The notes below the pieces were generated by a model. The model did no database searches. It was given only the letters and a program-made list of their open reading frames with translations, and was not told where the DNA came from. 64,000 nt of DNA from assembly GCA_031835245.2 (NCBI GenBank), contig JAVKOQ020000027.1, forward strand, positions 186,001 through 250,000, in the 5' to 3' direction. Both the position numbers and the translations under genes were made by a program. Shown piece by piece: positions 12,866 through 24,620 of this stretch; within the stretch, counting starts at the first letter, position 1, and each line of letters begins with the position of its first letter. The DNA comes from Balamuthia mandrillaris (Eukaryota).

Positions 12866-13760
12866 TTCTTCGGCCTAACATATGAATACAGTGGAGACAA
12901 GTCAAGACTTTGAGGAGTTTTTGAGCTTTTTGGGAGATAAAATACAGCTACAGGGATGGAAGAATTATAGTGGTGGCCTTGATGTCGAAAGTTTGTTCCT
13001 TTCTTTATTCTTCGTCTCTTCCTTTTTCTTACTTTTTTTTTTGTTTCAATTGCTTACCTGCTTTAAAACAACAGAGAATAGAACAGGAACACATTCCATT
13101 TTCACTCGTTGGAGAGACCTCGAGATCATGTTCCACGTCTCCACGATGATCCCCTTTAACGCCAAAGACAAACAACAAATCGACCGAAAGCGGCATTTAG
13201 GAAACGATGTGGTGGTCCTCGTCTTTGTGGATGGAAGCACTCCCTTCAGCCCCATTTCTCTTACATCTCACTTCAACAGCGTTTTCATCGTCATTCAAGT
13301 GGATCGCTCTCATCAGCAACAACCACAAAAAGGACAGCAGAGCGACATGAACGAAACATATTACAAGATTGGAGTGACGAGCAAGGAGCAGGTACCGTTC
13401 TTTGGGCCTGCTGTGGATCGTGATCCTCCAGTTTTTAAGAAAAGCCAATTCTTCAGAGAGTTTCTCTTGGGCAAATGTACGTTTTTTTTTCTAGCTTCTT
13501 GTTTGTTTGTTCTGCCTATTAACAATTATATATATTTTTTTTTCCTCGCAATAACAAGTGGTTAACGCGGAAAGAGCGGCGTACACCATTCCACCGTTGG
13601 CCACTGGGATCAATCGTGCCCGCAACTGTTTAATTTCCGAGATTGTTGAAAAAACTCTGGAAGACGTACCTATCTTCTCTCTTCTCGCTCGTTTCTCTCT
13701 CTCTCTCTCTCTCCCTCTCTCCTCTCGTTCGCTCTCTGGATCTCTCGTGGTGCATTCTTT

Positions 13761-13808
<48 letters not shown>

Positions 13809-14188
13809 ATATCGTAACATTCTCTCTCTTTCCCTTATAGCGTCAACTCAAAAAAGTATTTGGTGGCGACAACCGAGTGGCTGCCACCGCTCAGTCCTTA
13901 ACGCCTCGCTCTAACAGAACCAAAGAGACAAACGTTTCCGTCACAACCACATCTTCAACTTCCACCACTACTACATTATCAGCCACTGCGACTCCCAACA
14001 ACAGCACCAATGTAGATGGTCCTGTGATACCTTTGCTCAATTTGGGTACTCCCGAACCTCATCACCAAACCGCTGCTGCTGTTTGTTCTGGCCCTTCTTC
14101 GTGTTCGAATTCGCCAGGGACATCCCCTGGTGTGTCTCCTAGACGGCCCTTGGATAGAGTTTTTCGGCGGCAACAACAACAACCATGA
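7463..14188 (+). CDS. Leucine-rich-repeat plus Rap/Ran-GAP domain protein, multi-exon
   Basis: Tandem LxxLxLSxN repeats at 9740-10570. RapGAP motifs HKFGVLY, FEEFLSFLG, GGLD, EIMFHVSTMIP, RKRHLGNDVV and VNAERA. The N-terminus is low complexity. Confidence 0.85.
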
Positions 14189-14336
14189 ACTTTAGACGTT
14201 TTTTTTCAAGAGTTTCAATATCTGTACAATAACATGAAGTTTTCACCTTTTGTTTCAAGGAGAAAAGAACAGCTACTTTTGAAGACAACCATTCTCTACA
14301 GAACCGTTCTTCTGTGGCACCGAAAGCGGAGGAAGA

Positions 14337-15130
14337 TTAGTTAGTCAACAACGTCTCAAACTTGGCCAAAACGTCCGAAAAGGTTATCGCAGCCACTGGC
14401 GCTTGACTCTGTTTCTCCACGAGATATGCCCGGTGCGTGCCGTGGGCAATAGTCTTCAGAAGAAGCAGCGACAGGGCTTCATCCTCATTGCAAACCACTG
14501 GAAAAGCGGGAGCTCCGCCCTCTATCGCCTCTTGGAACTCGAGAACCGGCTTTGTTACGTTGTGAAGGTTGTCGGTGGTTATTCCCCTCACGTCTTTGGT
14601 TGAAATGGAACCTTTTTTATTTTATTTTTGAAAGGCGGTGAGAGAACAATAAGAAGAAGTTAAAAAAAAAGCAAAGGTATAGAAGAAACGAACCAGCCAA
14701 GGATCCATCTTCGTTGACAACAGCCAAACCACTGACGTTGCTTTGTACGATAGTTCTGAAGGCCTCCAATGCAATGTCTTTAGTTGTTATGCTATATACA
14801 AAAAACATGTGAGTAAAAAGCAAGATAAAGAGAGGAACAAAGGAGAAAAGAAACCTTTTGGGAGAGGGAGTGCCCAAGCCCAACTCCTTGATAGTCTTTT
14901 GGAACAACGGGGCGAGGTCACGATGGCTCTGGTGCTTGAGCAGGAAGCGGATGACATCCGTCTGGCTGCAGAGACGAACCTCTCCCGACGGCAGTTGGAC
15001 GAGGATCCTGTGCACGCCGTGACTGAACTTAAAGAGTGCTTCGGCCAGGCTCGTCGTGGATGGTACCGTCCATAGTTGTTTGCCTTTGTTTTTTTTTTTT
15101 TTTTTCAGAAGCCATAAGCAAGAAGGAGAG

Positions 15131-15187
<57 letters not shown>

Positions 15188-15541
15188 GAGAGGAGAAAAA
15201 TAAAAAGACAAACCTTCCTCGGAAACACCGATAAGATCGCCAAGCTTAACGTTCTCCAAGACCTTGAAGGCAGAGAATTCGGCCTCCTCAAAGCTTTGCG
15301 TCTTGAAGTACCCTGCAAAGGCCAACGGCACGAGCACGTCCAACAAGTCGACCATCCCCAGAAACTCGTTGGGAGAGGCAGAGGAGGAAGAAGTCACAGG
15401 CAAGACCCGCACGTTCTTTCTTTGCATGAGACGCAGCGCCTCGGCGACATGCATGTCGGAAGGCGCCGAGACCAGCTTTCGCTTGGTGTGGACCACCTCC
15501 CCGAGGGACCGCTCCTCAAAGAAACCTCCACGTCCTGCCAT
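14337..15541 (-). CDS. Four-CBS-domain protein (AMPK-gamma/SDS23-like)
   Basis: Repeated CBS motifs EALRLMQRKNVRVLPV...GMVDLLDV, GVHRILV...SQTDVIRFL, NVSGLAVV and GTHRAYLV...ITFSDVL across spliced exons. Confidence 0.85.
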
Positions 15542-15749
15542 TGTGGTTTTGTTTTGTTGAGAAAAGAAAAACTTCGTGTGTGTGTGAATAGATGGTGTCG
15601 TTGTTGTCAAAGAGGTCTAGCAAAAAGATTGATTCCAGAATAGTTGGTCTTTGTCCGCGAATGGCGGGGCGGTGCTATATCACTTGAAACGCAAGCCAAG
15701 TTCCATGGGGAAGCCAATGAAATCTGAGGGAAAGTTTGCGATCAAGGGA

Positions 15750-15785
15750 CCGGGTTCGATTCCCGGCAGCGGAATTCTCTTTTTT
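15750..15785 (+). pseudogene. Orphan 3' fragment of tRNA-Glu (T-arm, 3' acceptor strand, trailer, T-run)
   Basis: CCGGGTTCGATTCCCGGCAGCGGAATTCTCTTTT is identical to the 3' end and trailer of the intact tRNA-Glu at 16000-16071. No matching 5' half is present. Confidence 0.75.
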
Positions 15786-15999
15786 CATTTTTTTGTCGGC
15801 CATTTTGTTTAAGCATTGGAAGCAGCAAATAGTTGTTCTTTTTCTTGTGTTCTCTGCTTTTTGGGTTCTTAGGTATGTAAACCGGAGGCATCCACAACGC
15901 AGGCGCCGTTGTTGAATGCTCTCACTTCAGATGACATTCCAAGTACGACAGACTCTGGTCCTCAAAAGAAAAAAAAAGTCAGAAGCAACAAAAAGAGAA

Positions 16000-16071
16000 T
16001 TCCGCTGCCGGGAATCGAACCCGGGGCGGGTGGGTGAGAGCCACCAATGTTGCCAACTACACCACAGCGGA
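16000..16071 (-). tRNA. tRNA-Glu(CTC)
   Basis: Full cloverleaf TCCGCTG...CAGCGGA-A; anticodon arm GGTGG-CTCTCAC-CCACC; T-loop TTCGATT; oligo-T terminator. Confidence 0.95.
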
Positions 16072-16173
16072 TTTCGTTGAAAACCTGCTGTTTTTAGTCC
16101 GATGTAATAACTTCAAAATTTCACTGTTTTGAGTTTTTGTTGCTTGTTTTTGCGGTGCGAACGCTGCGCAGAG

Positions 16174-16593
16174 ATGGAGGAAGGTCACCTCTGGACGATT
16201 GCCACTCTCAGGGACTATGCCTTTGTCTGCCACGGTCATGGCAGCCCGTGTTCCTCCTCCAGCATGTTACTTAAATGCCGCTCTCCAGCTTGTCCATCAA
16301 ACGGTATTGCGCCTGTCGTCGCTACGCTTTACTTTTTTCGATGAGCTGATGAAGACACCGTGCAACGGTGGTTGTTTCTGCCGTACATTCCACAGGACAG
16401 TATTTTGAGAAACGAGCCGCTGTCTACCTTTGCACTCAGTGTTGGCAGGCTTCCTTTGCCCCTGGCCTTTGCACAAGTAACCACCACTACCCGTCTCCTT
16501 CCCTTCTAATCCGTTAAACACCTCCCTTTCTGCCCACAGACACGAAATGTAAACACTTCAAGAGAACTTCCATGCTGGCTGTTCGTTTCGTTT

Positions 16594-16631
<38 letters not shown>

Positions 16632-17049
16632 GCTTCTCATGTGCACTTTGATTTAACCAAACGACCAAACAGTACGTGCCATGTGCTTCCTGCGAACAGG
16701 CCATTCTTCGAAGCGATAGTCCGCACGGATGCCCCACTGTACGTTTTTTTTTTTTACTTTGCTCTTTCAAGCGACACCAAAGAGGAGAGAACACAAGTGA
16801 AAGCAGAGGACGAAGACACGCACTGACCCACGTTTATGTTCGTGCTTCAGTGTACAAAAGTTATGGATGCGATGATGAAGCCAGAGAGCTCTGTGGCTAT
16901 ATTGCCTTGCAGCGATGTCAGACCGGGAGAGCATCGGTGGCCGCCTTACATAGAGTATAGAATACCTCCCTCTCCCACTCGTCTTACTTGGGCTGGCAGA
17001 CGAATGCTATGGGGCGATGTTCAGTTTAATGGTTTGTATCTCTCTCTCA

Positions 17050-17096
<47 letters not shown>

Positions 17097-17974
17097 TCTT
17101 TGTTCGCTAACTTTTGGCTATTATGCCTCCTAAACTTCTCCCTGATTCTTTTTTTAGGAAGAGCAACGAATTGTATAGAAGTTCAGCCTGATCAGCGATT
17201 AACCATCGAGTTAGCCTATCAAGCCAGCTGGCAATGGAACACCAATGACTACTGTCCTGGGTGTGTAGTTCAACTTTACTACGGAATGATGGGTGATTTC
17301 AGCAAGGTTTTTTTTCTTCTCTCCTTCTTTTCATCCTTGGATGCATTAAAGTTGACGCAAAAAACACTGTAGGGAATAATAGAACATGGCATCTCGACAC
17401 ACTGGGGCGAAAGCAACTTCTCTTTTAGTGCTCCGCGGGAGCCAGGCGCCTATTACATCACCCAACGCATCTCCCTCGAATGGTCCTACAACTACTCCGA
17501 TCCTCACTCCAACGAATACGCTGATGCCTTTGCTCTGGTCATCGTATGTGGTCACCTTCTGCTTGTTCTTCTTCCACGAACTTTTTTCTTCTTTCTCTTT
17601 TAACTCGCTTATGAACATAACAAAAGGTACGTCCTTCATCATGGACACCTGAAAACCATCGCTTCTTCTCTCCGCAAGTAAAACAAGAAATCATGATCCT
17701 CCTTCTGATGGCTCAACTCCAACAACCTCAACAATACTCTCCCTCCGAACAATTCGATGAGGAAGAAGACTACGAAGAAGCACCATCGCGTAATCATTCC
17801 ACGTTGATGGTGCCATTTCATCCAGAAACAGAGTTGTGGCGTCTCCCTAAAGAAGTTCTCTTCCACATCTTTGCTTACATTGCAAGCGACCGCGAGCGTT
17901 ACGAACCTCAACAACCTCCCTCCTCCTCTTTCCCTCCACCAGCTTCTTCCGAAGGATCCTCCAGTTCTTCTTGA
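16174..17974 (+). CDS. Cys-rich N-terminal protein with C-terminal F-box-like motif, multi-exon
   Basis: Hand-spliced exons give CxxC-rich segments (LCTQCW, PCASCE, YCPGCV). The C-terminus reads WTPENHRFFSPQVKQEIMILLLM...LWRLPKEVLFHIFAYI. The 5' exons are tentative. Confidence 0.55.
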
Positions 17975-18015
17975 CGAAAGAGAGAGAATAAACAGGAAGA
18001 AACGAAAGAGATTAT

Positions 18016-19596
18016 TTAGTCTCCATGAATAGTGTATCTCTCACGTTTGATAGCAGGATCGTAAACTTCCCATCGCGAAGCTGGAAAGATGTGTTTGTTG
18101 CGTTCGTACCAACGCCGCTCTACCACTTTGGCAGCATGTGACTCGTCCTTCTCGACTTTGGCGTCGTTGATCACTCGCACGTCATCGTGCACGTCCCAGT
18201 TCCACAGCGGACCGCTCTTTCCTTTTGCCTTTGTTACTATCAAGTCGTAGAATGTATAATGCTGAATGGTGCCACAATTAGCGAATGAATAATATACGAC
18301 GAATAGATAAATACTGAAGAAAAGAAGAATGAAACAACAAGAAAGAGAGAGAAAAGAATGGGAGGAAGGAAAAAAGTACCTGAGGGATAATAACGTCTTC
18401 TTTGATGAAGAGGAGATGCTCAGCGCTTAAGCCTCGAAGCTCGTGGAACTCCTGACGCACCATCTCCAAGAACTGATCTATCCTTGTGCCCTTCTTTATG
18501 TTGAGCGTTCTTCTGTGTCCCGTTCCATCATAGTAACTGTAGGTTACTGAGATAATCTCATCTGTTTTAAGAATGACAAAGTCATAAACAAACAGCAAAA
18601 GAGAGAACAAGGAGAGAAAAAGAGGGAGAAAACAAAATAAAAGAATTGTATTGTAAAACAAACAAACTTTTTAGCTTTTCTTGTTCCGTTTCCCATTGCT
18701 GCCTCAACTGTTCTGTGACTCGACGCTCTTCTTCCTCCCTTTCCCTGTCTGGGAGGAACGTTGTGTCCACGAATGGATTTTTTCCATACTTTATCTTCTC
18801 TGTTTTATTTTTGGTTTCAAAGGATGATAGTTCAGAAACAGAAGAAGAAGAAGAAGAAGAACAAGAAGAAGAACAAGAAGAAGAAGTACAAGAAGAACAA
18901 GAAGAAGAACAAGAACAAGAACAAGAAGAGAAACAACAACAAGAGAGCAAAGATAACGTACTGGGTGCGCCGTTGGTTTCGTTGCCATTATTGCTGTTCG
19001 CTTCCTCAGTTGTGTCGTTCTCGTTGCTCGTCTTTTGTCTCTCTTCCTCGCTCTTCCTTTCGTAGTCGCGCTCCCCGTTCTCATCAGCATGGTTGCTGGT
19101 TTTGCTCTCCTCCGCTCTCGCTTTTTTCGGCTTGTCTTTCTCTGTTGTCTCTTCCTCCTTTTCTTCTTCCTCCTCCTCCTCTTCCTCCAAAGCAAAGGAA
19201 AGCTGAGCTTTTGCTATCTTTTGTCTTTTTCGTTTCTTCTCATTCAAACTAACACAACAAATCAGTTGCGAAATTGAAAAAAAAAATTAAAATCAAAAAA
19301 ACCAGAACGTACGCTCTTTCCTGTCTCTCACGTTCTTTTTGGGCAAGAGACTCCAAGCGCTCCCTCGTTTTCTTGAACTGCTCGTGGCTGACCAAACCGA
19401 CCGTCGACCGCTTGAAGCTCTCCTCCACCGCGTCCGAGTGCGTGGCGAATTTGTCCCGCATGGAGAGCACGCCCATCTTGGCCTCCTCCTTGATCTTCTT
19501 CCTCCGCTCCTCAAACTCCTTTTGCTGGGCCTCTCGTTGCTTGGCAAGCCTCTTCATACGGGAGGAGTCCCCCGAAGACCCTTTGAAGTCCGTCAT
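18016..19596 (-). CDS. FAM50: XAP5/FAM50 family nuclear protein
   Basis: [70 protein letters not shown] and [19 protein letters not shown]. Confidence 0.95.
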
Positions 19597-19967
19597 CTTT
19601 CTCTGTCTCTCTACGCGGAACCAAAATCTTTTTTCTTTCTTTTTTTTTGTTGGTTGAAATGTTGTCGACAGCTTACGTCAAAATTTTGTAGACATTGTCC
19701 GCAAAAATACACTAGAGGGAAAATTCTTCGAAGTTTCCGATATGACGTCTGCGTCTAACCCTAATAAAACCTTTCAAACCCTAACCTTATTTTTCCCTAA
19801 CAATGCCAAAGTACGCTTCTGGCCGACCTGAAACGAACGCCGACGTTTGGTGGGGATATCACTCCAGAGCTTTCTCTTAGAGCTTGTCAACTCCTTTCCC
19901 GTATGCAATCTACAATCCGTTTCTTTGCAAGATGAGACCTTCCCGGTTGGCTGTCTTGTGCTCTTGA

Positions 19968-20010
19968 GGGAGGTCCGAGGTTCGAGTCCTCGGAGGGAGC
20001 TCTTTTTTTT
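19968..20010 (+). pseudogene. Orphan tRNA-like 3' fragment (variable loop, T-arm, acceptor strand, terminator)
   Basis: GGGAGGTC-CGAGG-TTCGAGT-CCTCG-GAGGGAGCTC-T8 has a perfect B-box and T-stem. No D-arm or anticodon arm is found upstream. Confidence 0.6.
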
Positions 20011-20106
20011 ACACATTTATTTTTTTTTTTGAAATACATAATGCTTGCTGTTTCATTCAGTAATAATAAAATAATAAAAAATAAAAGAACATATAATAAT
20101 AAAATA

Positions 20107-21316
20107 TCAACCGGTAAGTTTCTGGTTGATAAAGTGAATGACCTTGCGAAGGTCAAACACGACGCCATTATAACAGACGGTATCCCGGGTGAGCAGCTCA
20201 TCCATCAGCTTGGACAGCTGCACCTCGAAGAACTGCGGCCGATAGTCCTGATAGTGAATGACCAGGTTGACGCAGCCGGGAGAGGTGCAGGACATCTTGA
20301 TGATCCCGATGGGGGCTCGTTTGATGAGCGAAGACGTGCTGATCTTCGGAGGCGGGGTGGAAGAGCAGGAGGAGGAGAGGGGAGAGGAGGATGCAGCCTC
20401 TTCCAAAGCAGAGAGGCTGTGCCTTCTTCCTCGAGGAGTGTTGTAGGCTTCGTCGACATCCGTTTCCGTTTCAGTTTCACTCTCTGTGTAGAAGCTGCTA
20501 TCGGGGTCTTCATCGTTGTCCTTCCGGCGTTTGGGTTGTTGTGGACTGTTGCCTGTTAGCCTTCGAAGGCTAAACCTGGAGCTGAGCGAAAGCTGTGACC
20601 GCTTTTGTTCGGTGGTAATTGCCGTGGTGGAGGTGGAAGCGCGAGCCTTGGATTTCTTCTGCTTCTTCTTTGATTTCAGCCGCTGTTCTACCTCGGAGTC
20701 ATAGTCATAGTCGCTGAGCTCAGTGGAGGAGAGTGTGTATGGCAAAGAAGAGTTGGAACCGCTTCCATCACCAGGAGCTAATGAGGGAGGTTGCAAGTGG
20801 AGAGGAAGTGAGCCAGAGCGACGTTTCCTGGGACCTTGCTGTAAGAAGTCCGCCGCAGAGAGAGGAGGGGGTTGAGCATTCAGCACAACGCCTAGTTTCA
20901 TCAAGTCCTTGATCTTGTACTTGAAAGGACCGATGATGGCTTTGGACTTTATCCGCGCAAGGAAGGCTTTGAGTTGGACATTGTGAAGGTACTCTGAGTA
21001 CAAGCGTTTCTCCTCAAAGAGCTTGTCTACCTCAGTGCGAAGGTGTTCCAGTGATTGCAGCATCTCGATCTTCTCGGTGCAAAGGAAGGAGAGGTAGATG
21101 CGTCGCCGTTGGTAGTCCTGCTCGAGGGAGCGAAGCAGGGCGGCATAGTTGTCTTCTTGGTAGATGGGGTCCAGCTCTTGGAGCTCTTTGACAGTTTGGG
21201 AGATAAGGGAGAGGACTTCTTCAGCATGAGGAGAAGAGCCGCTTTGACTTCTTACTCCTGCAGTTATGCTTCTTCTCTTGAACATCACCCACTCTGCAAT
21301 GAAGAAGAGTAGAGTT

Positions 21317-21381
<65 letters not shown>

Positions 21382-23136
21382 AAGGAGTTTAAAGGGCAAA
21401 CCTTGGGATTCCATTTTGGCCTTGACTGCTAGCAACATTTCCAAGATGTTCTTTGTAGCCCAAGAAGGTTTTTTGCTGGTCTCCTTGGTGGCAGAATCCT
21501 CTTCCAAGTCTTTACCTTTATCCTCTTGGTCTTGGTCTGCCCCATCCTTCGGCACCGATTCATTCTTTGTTCCATTTTCACTCTTCGCCGTGGAGGGATT
21601 CTCGTCCCCTTCGTCATCATTGATTTCGTTTCCTTCCTCCTCATCAGCTTCCTCCATTTCTGTGACGGTAGCCTCATTTTGGTTGTGGCCACCTTCTCCT
21701 CTATCTTCTTGTGCTTCCTTTCCTTTCTCTTCGACGTCTTGTTCTTCCTCGTCTTCGTCCTCTGAACCTTCGTCCAAAATGTCCTCTAACGGCGCGATCA
21801 TGCACAACACCTTCCACAGCTTCTCCTTCAACTCGGTCAGAGCTCTGCTGCGAGGACTCTCCACTCGTTCCTCCTCAGACTCTTGCGCGTTTTGTACATT
21901 GAGCAGCATATACTTGTTCTCTCGGAGTGGCAACAACGAGGGCACGGGCAACATGTCCCGAACCAAAACCGCCAAAGGATCCTCGTTGATATCTATTTTT
22001 TGTACTTGTTCTTGTTCTTGTTTTTGTTCTTGCTTCGTTTCTCCTTCTACAGCATCACCATTGCTGCTATTACTTGTGCCATCCTCGTCTTCTTTCTTTG
22101 TTTGGGTTGTTGTTGCTGCTTGCTCCTCGTCATCCGAACTCTGCTCGCCGACGTTGGTCAGGTTCTCAAAGTAAGTAGAGAGCACTCTCAGGTTGTCCTT
22201 CAAAAACATGTTCATCGGCACCATGAACGGCTCCTTAGCACCGAAGCTGACCTGATTGGCCAAGTTTTGTAGAACTTTTGCAATCTGTTGTTGTTTGTTG
22301 GTTGGGTGAACGAATACTAGAGAGAAAGAGAGAGAGGAACATTACATGAAGCAAGTTACGACGAGAACGAGGCGAAGGTACAGTGTTGCCAACAAGAATG
22401 CCGTGGGCCTCGGGAGCTATGATGGCCGGCGAATAGAAGCGAAGGAAGATATAACTGCCTATCAAAATGTCATTCTCTTGCTGCGTGGCTGCCGGGCAAC
22501 GTGCTCTTAACATCCTGCAGGTTTTTGTTTCATCGAAAAAAATGTCAGAGTAGACTCAAAATGAGAGGGTGAATAAAGAGAATTAGGACGTACTCTTGGA
22601 GCTGTTTAGCAAGCCAACGCATTCCAAAAGGCATGGTTGGCAAACTCTTCACTATGATACCAAGGAATTGCTTGCCCAGTTCATGCAACCGAGTTTGATC
22701 TAACGAGATACATACATATTAGTAGAGAAGCATTAGAACAAGGATACTAGGAGTAGATCAAAGACGTGCACGTACGCAATCGAATCTTTGCTTTAATTTC
22801 GGGCATCTTTCGGATGTCTGCAATCTCCATGGAATAGACATCGCTCTTGGCAATGCCCGTTTCTATAAGCAACTATTTTAAAAAAAACAAGAACATCAAA
22901 TACATTGTTTTGGTTAGTCTTTTCGTGCGAGAGAAAAAGAGAACCGTGGAATATTTATGGTTGCTCTTCGTTGTTGTTACCTTTTGAGGATCAAGTTCGA
23001 GAGACAGCTCTTTATCCTCCACTACGCCAAGCACGGCATCTCTGAGGGTCTGAATGAGATGAAGTCGTCCGCTTTGACGCCTTTTCAACAAAGAGAAAAA
23101 TATTTAATCTTACTAAGAGATAGGAAAGTAGAAAGC

Positions 23137-23169
<33 letters not shown>

Positions 23170-23194
23170 GGGGAGAGAGAGAAGGGGAAAGAGA

Positions 23195-23240
<46 letters not shown>

Positions 23241-24578
23241 GTACATGGTATAGCCAGCTAGAAGGTTCGTGACAAAAGTGGTGCCCCTCAGGAAGTCAGT
23301 GGGCGCTTTAGTGCGGTGGAACTCGGATCGCATTATGGTCTGTCAATGAGAATATAAATGCAAATGTTAGATAAGTAAAGATGGGAGAGAGAGGGTGGGT
23401 GGGAGGGAGAGTAAAGCAGGAGCAAAGAGGAAAGAAACGAAGGAATGGTGTACCGCAATCATGTTCAACAATTGAGCCTCCTCTGTTCCTAAACAGAGGT
23501 CAGAGAACATGCTAAACGTTATAGTATGAACCAAAGAGTCACTCTGCACCAGCCAGTCAGTAATGAGATAGCAGAGAAAGCGAGAGGGGGGAGAAAAAAC
23601 TGACTTGTTCTAATGATAAGTGCCGGATCAAGTTTGCAATGTACTTGGGATTGCTTCGCAAAATAGAGACAAACGCTTCATATTTCTGTTTGTTGTGGAT
23701 TCCAAAGGATGTGTTATGATAGAACAAAACAATAAAGAGAAACGCAACTAACCGCTTTGTTTGCTCCCAAAGGATTTTCTTGATGCTTGCTGGTATCAAA
23801 GAACTGAAACACTTCTTCATACTCCCGTTCTACTGCTTCATCTTCGATTTGCATCTTCCTGCTCTTGACAATAAGGTTTATCTTGCGGTCCAAGTTACGA
23901 ATGGCCATGGAGAGAATGTGTCGTTGGTTATTGGTGGTAGTTATTTGGGACGTCATCTCTTGAAGAGCTTTTTCCTCTGTGATACTTTTCTGGTTAAAAA
24001 AACAGAGAGAAAGGCGAGAGGGCGAGAAAGCGAGAACCTTCTTCGATGAGTTCTGAATTAGCATCTTCCTTTTTCAAAAGAGCTTGGAGACGCATGATCT
24101 GCCCACCAACACCCTCTTTGGATGACCGATTGAGCGAAGAGACCACATCAGAGGACTTGGTGTCGCTCAGCAAGAACTGTTTTAAAAAAAAACAGAAATG
24201 AGAATGAAGGGAACGGGAAGAAGATGGAGACGAAGAAGCAGCAGCAGAGCGAGTGGAGAATCAAACCTTTCTTATGGAACGCAGCTTTCTAGCAAGGGAG
24301 ATGGCCTCTGTGATAGACTGGCTGTCTACCACTTGTTGCATCTTCTCATCAAAGTCTGAGAGCAGCTCTTCGATGGTCATAAGTGTTACAGTAACAAAGC
24401 TTTTAAGCTGCTCGTCCGGTATCTCTACATCCTTGGCCAATTGCTGCAGCTTTTCAGCGACGTAAATAAAGTTGCTGTTCTCATTCTGTTCGTACTCATA
24501 GTACCCTGTTTCACTATCCCATATCTATTTTAATCCGAATGAGTAAGCGAAAAACCAACAATAGAAGGAATAGAGGGG

Positions 24579-24620
<42 letters not shown>

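Noticed and set aside
15654..15774. A complete intron-containing or selenocysteine tRNA
   Set aside because: Only 5 of 7 acceptor pairs form and there is no valid anticodon loop or UCA. The 5' part reads equally well as promoter motifs (TTGTCCGC, GGGGCGG, CCAAT). A stem CTTGA-CGCAAGC/GTTTGCG-TCAAG exists, so a tRNA-like ncRNA is not fully excluded.
15726..15960. RNase P RNA (GGGAAAGTTTGCG pairing with CAGACT)
   Set aside because: The second conserved region does not fit, and a tRNA fragment and T-run terminator lie between the two.
19740..20010. Telomerase RNA with CTAACCCTAA template
   Set aside because: The motif is repeated three times, an internal T5 would stop Pol III, and no pseudoknot was found. 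A promoter motif is the simpler explanation.
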